The translations under genes were made by a program, and so were the position numbers. A stretch of 64,000 nt of DNA from a virus. Lineage: Duplodnaviria; Caudoviricetes. The stretch covers positions 128,001-192,000 of the IMG/VR virus record IMGVR_UViG_3300003375_000001. One strand, written 5' to 3'. Shown here piece after piece: positions 36,474 through 45,334 of the stretch; positions within the stretch are counted from its first letter, which is position 1, and each line of letters starts with the position of its first letter. The notes below the pieces were generated by a model. The model did not search any database and had not been told where the DNA came from. It was given only the letters and a program-made list of their open reading frames with translations.

Positions 36474-37085
36474 TCACAGGCCTTTAGCCTCTTTAATAAG
36501 CAGGCTCAGACAAACCTTGCTCCAGTTCTCAAGACGGTTAAACTCGTCTAGTGTAAACTCTGATGGTTTACGGAAAAAGCCTTTTTCAATCACACCTTCT
36601 TCTGCCTGAAGCTTTTGCTTGTTGGGAACTACAAACACACTTCGAATGCCCAGATGTACACGGCCAACAGGGTTAGTTACGTCGTATATTAGGTGAGTGA
36701 AGGATACTGACCCGATGGGATCAAGAACGGAGAGGCCTACTTCCTCTCGAATTTCCCGGGCGCACTCATTCTTGAGGTGGTGTTCCAGTTTGAAGTAAGG
36801 AGGTACTTCACTGTCCACGTGACCGCCAAGTCCTATGCTAAGGTTGCCATGCAAACGAGACTCTTCCCCAGAGCCTCCTCTGTAATAGCAGTATACTTCT
36901 CCGTCTTCGTTGAGAAGGTTTAGATAAGGCAATAGCTGAAGCTTGGTTTCATCCAGTTCAAGACCATCAGGCCCGTTTCGGTCACCAATGGCCGTTGGGA
37001 GCGTTTCGAAAAACAAAGGAGGAATCACGAGGGCATGAGGCTGATCTGTGAACAACGAAGCCTTAACGTAGAGTGCTGGTTTCAT
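36474..37085 (-). CDS. NUDIX-family phosphoesterase
   Basis: SIGLGGHVD...ECAREIREEVG, VGRVHLG, and LENWS. Confidence 0.82.
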   Translation of the reverse strand: MKPALYVKASLFTDQPHALVIPPLFFETLPTAIGDRNGPDGLELDETKLQLLPYLNLLNEDGEVYCYYRGGSGEESRLHGNLSIGLGGHVDSEVPPYFKLEHHLKNECAREIREEVGLSVLDPIGSVSFTHLIYDVTNPVGRVHLGIRSVFVVPNKQKLQAEEGVIEKGFFRKPSEFTLDEFNRLENWSKVCLSLLIKEAKGL

Positions 37086-37450
37086 TTGGACTTGTTAGGT
37101 TTGAGGTTGATAACAACAGAGCCCTTGGCGCTAGTCTTAGCAGACACAACGGTTGGGGCCTGTGGGTTGGACGCTAAGCCTTTGTAGAAGCGCGTTATGC
37201 TAGTAGACTTAGAAAGGTAAGACAGGCAATTTGCACCTTGGGCGTCTGTTGGAGAAGAATATATGTATGACCAGTTCTTACCGTCAAATCGAGAGAAGCC
37301 TTGGTGAGGAGCAACCAGCCCTTCTACTTTACAGAAATAGACACCTGGAAACGCTGGTGGGGTTTCACTTGCGTCAATGAAGTCAGTAAGACCGTAGTCT
37401 TTGGCTAACTTCTTGCTGTAGTCAGGAGCAAAATCAGGTAGATGTGCCAT
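37082..37450 (-). CDS. hypothetical protein
   Basis: Start set to ATG 37450 (MAHLPDF) to avoid a long overlap. Confidence 0.55.
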   Translation of the reverse strand: MAHLPDFAPDYSKKLAKDYGLTDFIDASETPPAFPGVYFCKVEGLVAPHQGFSRFDGKNWSYIYSSPTDAQGANCLSYLSKSTSITRFYKGLASNPQAPTVVSAKTSAKGSVVINLKPNKSK

Positions 37451-38063
37451 TGTTTGCCTGTTCAAGCATAACGTCGATGAGGGCTGCGCGACGTTCAAGG
37501 AACAGGCCTGCGTAGCCAATGATATCAACAAAAGTATCATCAAAGTCGTCATCACCTGCGGTATTAAGAACTTCCCCCGCAAGGTACTTAGGCACTAGAG
37601 TAGCAAGACGGTCGGTCTTACGAACAAAGCTAAAGAACGCCCCTTGACCACCACGTTTAGACCAGCTCTCACCGTAGTTGGCATTCTTTACCTTTATTGT
37701 TTCAACGATGCTAGTAAGCAGACGTTGTTCCGTAGTGTCTACAGTGGCAGACTCTGGTGTGCGGTTCTTGTTAGATAGGTAAGCTGTGCAAAGACACACA
37801 AGAGAACCTAGCAAGCCCTCAATAAGAGTATTGATGCCCTGTTGATCAATGGACGCCCTTAAGTTTTCTTTATCAGAGCTTGCCTCTCTAGCAACAGCCT
37901 TTACCTTGAGAATGTCATACCCTATTTGAGACAACACACCTTCAAGGGTGTTAGCTGTCATCAGTAGGTACTTAAACTCGGGATCAGGTTCTACCGGCTG
38001 CAATGCCTTTTCGATAAGCAGTCGAAGCATACGTTGGTAGTCGGTCTTTGGCGTGGTGGTCAT
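37434..38063 (-). CDS. nucleotide-modification-associated domain protein (DUF1599/MazG-like all-alpha NTP pyrophosphatase)
   Basis: KNANYGESW...RKTDRL...DDTFVDIIGYA. Confidence 0.7.
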   Translation of the reverse strand: MTTTPKTDYQRMLRLLIEKALQPVEPDPEFKYLLMTANTLEGVLSQIGYDILKVKAVAREASSDKENLRASIDQQGINTLIEGLLGSLVCLCTAYLSNKNRTPESATVDTTEQRLLTSIVETIKVKNANYGESWSKRGGQGAFFSFVRKTDRLATLVPKYLAGEVLNTAGDDDFDDTFVDIIGYAGLFLERRAALIDVMLEQANNGTST

Positions 38064-38100
38064 TTTACAAGGTCTCGTGTAGGGAAGTTAGCTTAACTTG

Positions 38101-38108
38101 ATTAACAG
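38101..38108 (-). promoter_or_regulatory. CTGTTAAT candidate phage promoter element
   Basis: Intergenic, 37 nt upstream of ATG 38063. Confidence 0.45.
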
Positions 38109-38113
38109 ATGGA

Positions 38114-38521
38114 CTAAAAGTCAATGGTCATTTTGCATTCCAGCTTACCATTGACCTTCTTTAGCGTAATGGTAACGTCTTCATTATTGAATGACACGCC
38201 TTTATCGCCTGGCGACTTTATGATTCCGTAGCCTAGAGCCTTAAGCTTCGAAGCCAAGGTAGCGGAAGGTGTCTTAGGGTCTATAGCTGACTTGGTTTCG
38301 GGGTGAGCTAGATCAAGATGAAACACCGCAGATATAATTCGGCAGTCTACCTCGTCTATAGCCACGTATAGAAACTTGAAGCCTATTGACTCGGTTACCT
38401 GATGAATCTTTCTAACCTTGGCTATGTCTTCCTCAAAAAGCTTTTCTCTGGTTTCAATCTTGACTTCAGACTCTCGGAGTCGTTTGCGTACCTTCTCGGC
38501 TTGTTGATCTAGGTAGTCCAT
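38114..38521 (-). CDS. hypothetical protein
   Basis: 135 aa, GAGG RBS. Confidence 0.65.
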   Translation of the reverse strand: MDYLDQQAEKVRKRLRESEVKIETREKLFEEDIAKVRKIHQVTESIGFKFLYVAIDEVDCRIISAVFHLDLAHPETKSAIDPKTPSATLASKLKALGYGIIKSPGDKGVSFNNEDVTITLKKVNGKLECKMTIDF

Positions 38522-39485
38522 TGCTGATATCCTCTTTTAACGTGAAGGTTTCGATAACGGATCTAGTCTCTAGTATCCCCAGCATTACACGGCCAGAGCC
38601 TACAGGGTCCATCATCCTTGCAATTATTCTAACGTGCTCAATCTCTTCTTCCCTAACCATGGCGTCTACCATAGACTCGGCTTCAGTATCAGGAGCTTCG
38701 TTAGATGCAGACTCTGGTATATAGTCAGCCCTAGCATTCTTTGTAAGATGCGTTCTGGCTGTAAGAAACCAGTTTTGTATGTGTGAGGTTAAGACTCCTT
38801 GCCTGAAGTCGCATTTGTCTATAGCCCTAGAAGCCATCACCACATAGCTCTGAACTATGTCGTCGAGTGGTACAGACATTTCAAAGTGACGAACGTAGTC
38901 CGTTTGCGCCGTGGTTAGGCACATACGAATGTACTTCTCCAAAACGGCAGTCTTGAAAGAGTCAGCCTCTTGAATCCAGTACTGTACTTCTTGCATAACA
39001 GGGAGGAGTGACGAGGTAGTGTTTACTGCGTTCTCTACTCGCTTTTTATAGACTAGCATTTCGGTTAATGGGACAACGACGCCCCCACGTTTTAGCTCAC
39101 AATTGCACGCGGCCTCATAGTCTGCGTGCTGGCGTAAAAACGTTCTACAGAATTCGTATATGGCTATACGATCAAGCTTCAAAGATGAAAGCTTTTGCAC
39201 CTTCATCCACTTAGGGTATAGGAGCCAAGCTACAGCTATACCAGCGAAGGCTTGCTTGTCCACAAGACTGACCTTGCGTTTGTTATTCTTCTCCTGCCAG
39301 CCTATTAGACTACACAGGTATGTTTCAAATAGATTGGTGTGTTCTACTATAGGTGCCAGGCTGCGATACAGTAGAGTATCCAGTAGCTGAAGATACTGAC
39401 CTGAGGTTAGGTTAGTACCTATTTGTTCCCTGACGCGCTTTAGGATAGCGAAAGACTTTGAATGAGTGTACTGCCCGGTGCTCAC
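38466..39485 (-). CDS. divergent sigma70-family factor
   Basis: LDDIVQSYVVMASRAIDKCDFRQGVLTSHIQNWF resembles region 2.2-2.3 (DLIQEG..GL..AV.KFD...G..FSTYA.WW). Confidence 0.65.
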   Translation of the reverse strand: MSTGQYTHSKSFAILKRVREQIGTNLTSGQYLQLLDTLLYRSLAPIVEHTNLFETYLCSLIGWQEKNNKRKVSLVDKQAFAGIAVAWLLYPKWMKVQKLSSLKLDRIAIYEFCRTFLRQHADYEAACNCELKRGGVVVPLTEMLVYKKRVENAVNTTSSLLPVMQEVQYWIQEADSFKTAVLEKYIRMCLTTAQTDYVRHFEMSVPLDDIVQSYVVMASRAIDKCDFRQGVLTSHIQNWFLTARTHLTKNARADYIPESASNEAPDTEAESMVDAMVREEEIEHVRIIARMMDPVGSGRVMLGILETRSVIETFTLKEDISNGLPRSTSREGTQTTPRV

Positions 39486-39500
39486 GACTATGTCTCCCCG

Positions 39501-40523
39501 TTACGGCTTGTTCTTTTTCTTGATTGACTGAGGGATCCATCTGTAGGATGAATCAATATGATTAGTTTGCTTCAACACCTGAGCCATCTTAACAATGTGT
39601 TTGCAATTATGAACAACAAAGCCGTTAGCCGTAAAGTGAGGAGTATTAGCAACCGTCAAATCATAAACACGTTTAGTATGAGTTTTCTTAACTTCCTTTA
39701 CCTTAACATATCGTATATCAGGTTCAATAAGGCGAGATACCAGACTACTGATACCTGATAGATCCTTTTCCATAGGCGCGTACCCTCTCTCACCCCCTTC
39801 AGATATCAAGTAGCCTAAAACCACGGCTTCTGGTATTAATTTTCCTAATGGGTTTGTATTAGTATCAACTAGCTCCACCAGGAAGTCTCCTGTTTTTATG
39901 TTCCGCGCTTCTGTCCATTTAGGTAGCTCTCCGTCTCTAACCGTCATAACCTTATGGTCAGGAGTGACGGTTAGTGTTCTACCCAATTGTTTTAGAGATA
40001 TGGTTAAGGTGGCAGTATTTTCTCGGGTAAGTGCGGAGTCTGTAACCTTTTCGTATCCGTTAAGAGTTAAAACACGATCTCCTACTTTTACGTCCTCTAC
40101 TGGAATTTGTCCACGCTTTGTCTGAATAAATTCGCCTTCGGCTATGCAACACCCCGCCATTTGTCTGTGGTTACGCTCGTTAGGAGGCTCTCCATTACAA
40201 TAATGTATTTCTGAAGCACCCTTTGCGTGTAGGGCGTACTCAAAGGTAGCCCAGAAGTCAGGACAAGAGCAAGATACCTTTACGTAGCCTTTGGGTGATA
40301 TAAAGTCTATCGTGGTTACATAGTCGTCGTATCCTGTAAGCGTGTGATTGGGAGTCTTAGTCTTACATATGGAACGAACTATGTAACCGCCGTGGCCGTC
40401 TATTATAGACTTGGAATAGCCGACCCTAAGTGACGTGGCACGCACATAAGGTATCCCTGCTATTCTAGTACCGTTAGGATCAAAACGGTAGAGATTCTGT
40501 ATGATGGTGCCAAGCGTCAACAT
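39501..40523 (-). CDS. SWIM zinc-finger protein containing an intein
   Basis: CSC...CKH after removal of residues 126-306. Confidence 0.8.
   Translation of the reverse strand: MLTLGTIIQNLYRFDPNGTRIAGIPYVRATSLRVGYSKSIIDGHGGYIVRSICKTKTPNHTLTGYDDYVTTIDFISPKGYVKVSCSCPDFWATFEYALHAKGASEIHYCNGEPPNERNHRQMAGCCIAEGEFIQTKRGQIPVEDVKVGDRVLTLNGYEKVTDSALTRENTATLTISLKQLGRTLTVTPDHKVMTVRDGELPKWTEARNIKTGDFLVELVDTNTNPLGKLIPEAVVLGYLISEGGERGYAPMEKDLSGISSLVSRLIEPDIRYVKVKEVKKTHTKRVYDLTVANTPHFTANGFVVHNCKHIVKMAQVLKQTNHIDSSYRWIPQSIKKKNKP
39606..40148 (-). mobile_element. mini-intein (181 aa)
   Basis: Block A CIAEGE, block B TPDH, block F VYDLTV and block G VVHN|C. Confidence 0.92.
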
Positions 40524-40532
40524 ACGTTAGCC

Positions 40533-41402
40533 TTAGACAGACGGTGTTGAGACAGGTGTAGTGTCTGGAGCAACAGGTGTAGTGTCTGGAGCAACAGGTG
40601 TAGTGTCTGGAGCAACAGGTGTAGTGTCTGGCTCTACCGCTGGCGTGTCCGTTGTGCCTGCCGTATCAGGTGCAGGTGCCTCAGGGACTTCTACAGACGG
40701 CTCCGAAGAGTCAGCGGCTGCTGGAATATCCTTTGCTTCCACATCGGTAATGGTATTAGCGTTCTGTGCGTCCGCAAGGGCTTGAGCCTTATTAGCCTCT
40801 TCCTGAGCGGCAGCTTGAGCCTTATCTCGCTGTTCCTGAACCAAAGGTTGCAAGACGTTGTAGAAGTGTTGTGCGATGCTTTGGCCTGACTTGATTACGT
40901 CTGCTGCGTCCGTAGAGTCTAGGCGGATGTCAATACCAGGAAAGTCCTTGTTACCATTAGCGTTAGACTTAGCCACCAGAGCAACACGGTCCTCGACTTC
41001 CGATGCGTATAGAACGTCAATCAGGTTGTAGGATACGCCTATGTCTGCTGCAAACTCTCTAAGCTGATACTCGTTTTCAAAGTTTCCGTCGATAACAACG
41101 GTCAGAAAGTTGCTAGCCGCTCTGAGAACTATGTCTGACAGACGTTCCATAGCCTTTGACTTAACATCATCCGGAATGCCAATTTGAAATACCTGTTGAC
41201 CAAACAAGCCTGGTGCTAGTTGTGCAATACCATTACTAGCGAGGACGCGAACCTTCTCGTTTGAACAACGAACAAGGAAGATGTTGCACATAAGGGTCTT
41301 GTTCAACAAGGCTAACCTCACGTTGTCGGTATACCGTGTAATAACAAGGTCTTGCTCAGGTGCTTGTGTGTCAGGTGTGGTTTGAGTTTGTTCGGTAGTC
41401 AT
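40533..41402 (-). CDS. hypothetical protein with Pro/Thr-rich repeat tail
   Basis: 289 aa; (APDTTPV)n tail. Confidence 0.7.
   Translation of the reverse strand: MTTEQTQTTPDTQAPEQDLVITRYTDNVRLALLNKTLMCNIFLVRCSNEKVRVLASNGIAQLAPGLFGQQVFQIGIPDDVKSKAMERLSDIVLRAASNFLTVVIDGNFENEYQLREFAADIGVSYNLIDVLYASEVEDRVALVAKSNANGNKDFPGIDIRLDSTDAADVIKSGQSIAQHFYNVLQPLVQEQRDKAQAAAQEEANKAQALADAQNANTITDVEAKDIPAAADSSEPSVEVPEAPAPDTAGTTDTPAVEPDTTPVAPDTTPVAPDTTPVAPDTTPVSTPSV
40552..40631. repeat. 21-bp tandem repeat x3.8 (ACAGGTGTAGTGTCTGGAGCA)
   Basis: Exact copies; coding. Confidence 0.92.
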
Positions 41403-42434
41403 TTAAGCGTACTCTTTGAAGTTGATTTTAGCAAGGGTGAAAGACTTATCGACTAGTGTTTCTACAAAGTCGGGGAGTTGTTTTCCTACTAGATTATAGG
41501 AAACAGATTCAGCAAAAAGCTCATGTACGTTTTTTGTGGCGTACTCGGTTACTAACGGCGTAGGCTTTTGGGTTTTAAGGTCTACACCGATCTTGGGCCA
41601 AAGACGCACAATCTCATCTTTATTGCCTGTAGCTATTAAGGTATTTAACTCAGGCACGGAGAGTCCTCGAACGTGCCTTAAATAGTACAAAGCGTACTTG
41701 GCGGGGTCTTTGAGTTCTTCATCAAGACTAGACAGCCACTCTTTAACGGTATCTACTTCAGAGCCTGCGAAGGAATGTACCAATACCTTGTTGTCTTCCT
41801 TAGATATAGACTTGGTAGCTATAGACCCGTTATACGCTTTGATCCAAGAGGCATGGGCTTTCTGGTTTTGACGCACTAGCAAGAAGTCCATTGCGTGCGC
41901 TTCCTCGTGGGCTACCAGATACGTGTAGTCCTCTGTAGGCGTTGTAGGCTTGGGGCAATATTCTATCTTACTAAACCTCTTACTCAAGTCTTTTGAATGA
42001 GAGTAGGAGCCTAAGTATTTGGGCAGAGGTGCATGGACCTCTCTATTTACAGGAAGCTTAGAAAGGTCAATGCCACGCTTTTTGTAAGCCTTGTATCCGT
42101 TAGCCAGGGCATCAAACAGAATCTCGCGTTGCTCTTTCTTCATGCGCGTGAAGAAAAAGATTTCACCTAGGTCAGGATGTTCTTTGCTACCAAGGTACAA
42201 ACGATCAAGGTGAAACCCATATACGACACCTGGGTGCGGTTTAGCTCCCAAGTTCATTATGATGGTTTCACCTTTAACTTCAACCTGAGTATTCTTTGTG
42301 TGAGGCTCAACCTGAAGTACGCCAAAAACAAAACCCTCTTTGTTTACACTTCTTACCTTAATAAGAGCATCTATGTCTTTTCCGCTTGCGTTGCGGTTAC
42401 GCGATATAACGTAGTCACCAGGTTGAGCATTCAT
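41403..42434 (-). CDS. zinc metallopeptidase (HEXXH gluzincin-type)
   Basis: VAHEEAHAMD and downstream EYATKNVHELFAE. Start set to MNAQ. Confidence 0.75.
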   Translation of the reverse strand: MNAQPGDYVISRNRNASGKDIDALIKVRSVNKEGFVFGVLQVEPHTKNTQVEVKGETIIMNLGAKPHPGVVYGFHLDRLYLGSKEHPDLGEIFFFTRMKKEQREILFDALANGYKAYKKRGIDLSKLPVNREVHAPLPKYLGSYSHSKDLSKRFSKIEYCPKPTTPTEDYTYLVAHEEAHAMDFLLVRQNQKAHASWIKAYNGSIATKSISKEDNKVLVHSFAGSEVDTVKEWLSSLDEELKDPAKYALYYLRHVRGLSVPELNTLIATGNKDEIVRLWPKIGVDLKTQKPTPLVTEYATKNVHELFAESVSYNLVGKQLPDFVETLVDKSFTLAKINFKEYA

Positions 42435-42441
42435 GGTAGGT

Positions 42442-42801
42442 CTATAGTGTATGTGAAGGGAACTCAGGAAGCGGAACTGTTCGCCCACTTAGAGAATGAG
42501 AAGAGTCGCTGTGAAATTGAATGAATCCGGCGTTTATGTTGTAATGACAGACATGAACTGGAATATTTTCAGAGGGGTCGTCTGGGTCTATGTAAGGACC
42601 AACGCGTATGTGCATACTAGGTCTAAAGGTCGGAGTCGTAACGTTACCGTCCCATGACCATATCGCACCGTTATAGTTAGGTTTAGTTAGGTTGAACAAA
42701 TGGACTTCACTACAGCCAGGACACCAGTGAGCTATCTGCTTACCATACGGACCGTCTTCACCAGTTATCAACTTAATAAAGGGGCTTAGAATAACACTCA
42801 T
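42442..42801 (-). CDS. DUF6527-like small Cys/His protein
   Basis: HWCPGC...H...W.WDG....PTFRPS...CH. Confidence 0.65.
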   Translation of the reverse strand: MSVILSPFIKLITGEDGPYGKQIAHWCPGCSEVHLFNLTKPNYNGAIWSWDGNVTTPTFRPSMHIRVGPYIDPDDPSENIPVHVCHYNINAGFIQFHSDSSHSLSGRTVPLPEFPSHTL

Positions 42802-43319
42802 GTGTTACCTGACCACTGATTGAATTGCGTGTCATCAGGCTGACCAAGCAACCTAGTAACGTCATCCCACTGAGCCGAGTTAACTAGTTCTTGGAAGCCG
42901 GGGTGTAAAGGCTTAGGCATGTTATCGATACGGAACCATCCACTAGACTGCGTTTCGCTTAAGTCTAACTGCGGCTCTATCTCGCGCTGAACAACTGCCA
43001 TAAACGTAAAGAAGGGGAAGCGACCATTGCGGTTAGTAGCATACAGTAGAGTTAAGTCGTGAGGTAACACGTTGATGCTACATTCTTCCGCATGTTCTCT
43101 AACGGCAGTCTCGAAGGGGTGCTCACCTTCTTCACTAGTGCCACCGAAAGGCGCCCAGGTTCCGGGCTCAGGCGACATAGCACTGCGTTTACCTAAGAGA
43201 ACTGTCTGAGTGTGTGGGCATAGAAGCAGAATACCTGCGCCATAGGCACCCCTAATCGCGCAGGTCTCCTTTAGCTTTTCTGCAGCCTCCACACTTAACG
43301 TCTTTACTTGATAAGTCAT
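42798..43319 (-). CDS. NUDIX hydrolase
   Basis: Nudix box GGTSEEGEHPFETAVREHAEEC. Confidence 0.9.
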   Translation of the reverse strand: MTYQVKTLSVEAAEKLKETCAIRGAYGAGILLLCPHTQTVLLGKRSAMSPEPGTWAPFGGTSEEGEHPFETAVREHAEECSINVLPHDLTLLYATNRNGRFPFFTFMAVVQREIEPQLDLSETQSSGWFRIDNMPKPLHPGFQELVNSAQWDDVTRLLGQPDDTQFNQWSGNT

Positions 43320-43509
43320 ATTTACAATCCTTAGACATTAGGTCTGGAATTTCTTTTATCTTGAATACCCTGACAGGTACTAAACACCCATCTCCATTCG
43401 AAACATTAACCAGGTCATTTAGGCGCAAGTGGTCAATAACGCCGTCGAGAACAGAGTAGGAATGAGAGCGAATACTATTATGGCATCCGTATACTGCTTG
43501 GTTACTCAT
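43252..43509 (-). CDS. small hypothetical protein
   Basis: 85 aa frame with CxxC; its 3' end overlaps the next gene, so uncertain. Confidence 0.45.
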   Translation of the reverse strand: MSNQAVYGCHNSIRSHSYSVLDGVIDHLRLNDLVNVSNGDGCLVPVRVFKIKEIPDLMSKDCKYDLSSKDVKCGGCRKAKGDLRD

Positions 43510-44200
43510 AGTCTTCAGTTTCTTCTAGGCTGTTATAGGACTCAAAGGCCTCACCAGACAGCAGTCTAACGTAGCAAAGTTTGCGGGTGTCTAGCGCCTT
43601 AATCATCAAGACAGTAGCCTCTTTTTTACGCCCTACCATCCAGGTTCGTGCTATGTCATAAGCCTTAGACGTTTGCAGCAGGCTTCTACGCTGATTGACC
43701 TTTCCAATCATCTTACCGTACGCGTCTATGTCAAACTGGTTTGGGTCAACCGTTACCAAGTATAGGTACAGAATCTCTATCATGCCAGCCTTAGACGCCT
43801 TGAGTACTGTGTCCAATACGTTAGCATCGCCGTTACGCCTATCCGGATGGTACCTAGACACCAACTTTCTAGTATACTTGGCTATAGTGGTTTGGTCCAC
43901 TTTAGACGTTACGGTTGTCCTATCATTTATAAGAGAGGTCAAAGAATAGGTAGCTTCCGTTATGTTAACTCTGACACCCTCAGTAGCTCTAGTTAACAGC
44001 AGTTGTTCATAGTCATTGGCTAGAACAGCTATGTCTGTCACAAGACTCTTTATTACCTCAGAGGTCCTTGTTATCTCCTGAAGGATTCTTTCAATCCCAG
44101 AAGCAAAGTTAGTAAGCCCCTGTGTCGCAGCCGTCAGTATCTCCAGTTTGCTCGTTAGGGTTACGTCCCTGTACCGAACCAATGCGTACTGGTTGTGCAT
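43502..44200 (-). CDS. J-domain (DnaJ-like) protein
   Basis: YTRKLVSRYHPDR with HPD motif after a coiled-coil N-terminus. Confidence 0.65.
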   Translation of the reverse strand: MHNQYALVRYRDVTLTSKLEILTAATQGLTNFASGIERILQEITRTSEVIKSLVTDIAVLANDYEQLLLTRATEGVRVNITEATYSLTSLINDRTTVTSKVDQTTIAKYTRKLVSRYHPDRRNGDANVLDTVLKASKAGMIEILYLYLVTVDPNQFDIDAYGKMIGKVNQRRSLLQTSKAYDIARTWMVGRKKEATVLMIKALDTRKLCYVRLLSGEAFESYNSLEETEDYE

Positions 44201-44576
44201 GTATCTTCTTTCTGTAGAAGTGACTTTTTGAAGGGAAGAAATAAAGCCGAATAACTCCGCGTGCGTACACTTCAGCAGCAGGGTCCCTGATAGGTTGCAA
44301 TATGTCTACCAGAACACGAAAGTTAGTAGGGTCATGTAGTAACGGCATGTTAGTACAGGTGACCCTAGAACTCATCTTTATCATCCAGAATATCTTTCTA
44401 TCGAAATGGTCTACAACCAAGTCGCGTAGAGCCTGGAACAGAGCACTTGCGTTCTCGAAGCGTGTCTTTGGCGGAAACCTAAATTCGATGTATCGAGAGT
44501 TCAGGTCTTGGGCTTCCATTACGGATACGCTAAGAACTTCTGTATCGTCATCCGTATCGTTCTGTGAGGTGGGCAT
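44109..44576 (-). CDS. hypothetical protein
   Basis: 155 aa; 3' end overlaps the next gene. Confidence 0.55.
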   Translation of the reverse strand: MPTSQNDTDDDTEVLSVSVMEAQDLNSRYIEFRFPPKTRFENASALFQALRDLVVDHFDRKIFWMIKMSSRVTCTNMPLLHDPTNFRVLVDILQPIRDPAAEVYARGVIRLYFFPSKSHFYRKKIHAQPVRIGSVQGRNPNEQTGDTDGCDTGAY

Positions 44577-44582
44577 GGTTAG

Positions 44583-44897
44583 TCACTTTAAAGGATTTCC
44601 ATTCTCGTCCAACCTAAAAGCCTTTTGAACTACCGTGGACAGAGCCTTAAAGTAAGCAGCACAGTCCACGTATATAGTTGTCCACGCTTCATAGTTGGAC
44701 TTTACGTCGTCAGGTGACTTGCCTTCGATGAGAGGAAGAGGTTTCTTACAGTGATCAAATAGCTTAGGGTCAATCACTATAGACTTGGTGTCTGCTGTTG
44801 CCACGGCAGACACGTCCTTGGTAATAGCATCCGTGTTTGCGCACCCGACGCATAAAAATGTTGACAATACCAAGGTAGACATAAGATTCGTTTTCAT
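44583..44897 (-). CDS. o-spanin (Rz1-like lipoprotein)
   Basis: Signal peptide with lipobox CVGC and a CKKPLPL segment; follows an i-spanin-like gene. Confidence 0.7.
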   Translation of the reverse strand: MKTNLMSTLVLSTFLCVGCANTDAITKDVSAVATADTKSIVIDPKLFDHCKKPLPLIEGKSPDDVKSNYEAWTTIYVDCAAYFKALSTVVQKAFRLDENGNPLK

Positions 44898-45334
44898 TTA
44901 GTTTCCTTCGTCTGCAAAGCCTGGTTTGCGCTAGTAATAAGGTTGTTGAGATCCGATATAAACGCGTCGGTAAACTGAGGTACTACCACAGATGGAGAAG
45001 ATGCCGTGGAGCTTACTGAAGGGACTGGACACTGGATAGCCACGTACTTTATCTTTACTGGCTGACTGGCCACGGTTGTTTCTTGCGTATGAACTGCGTC
45101 AGACGCTTTGACGCCTGCTACTGCTGCCGTGGTTTGAACACTAGCTACTGCCGTGTCTTTATTGGCTTTCAGCTTAGCCAGGTCACTGTCACATATTTTT
45201 CTAGCGTCGTCATAGCCTTCTTGATAATGAACGCTTAACTGGTGTTCGTATAAGAAGTAAACACCTATTAGGGCTGCGGCTGACAGACCTACTTTTATTA
45301 AGGCTGAATAGGGATTGAGGTCGCTTACATTCAT
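44894..45334 (-). CDS. i-spanin (Rz-like)
   Basis: N-terminal TM helix, YQEGY, helical periplasmic region and C-terminal Cys/Pro segment. Confidence 0.65.
   Translation of the reverse strand: MNVSDLNPYSALIKVGLSAAALIGVYFLYEHQLSVHYQEGYDDARKICDSDLAKLKANKDTAVASVQTTAAVAGVKASDAVHTQETTVASQPVKIKYVAIQCPVPSVSSTASSPSVVVPQFTDAFISDLNNLITSANQALQTKETK

Noticed and set aside
35017-40631. CRISPR-like arrays
   Set aside because: The repeats are in-frame coding repeats without unique spacers of regular length, and no cas genes are present.
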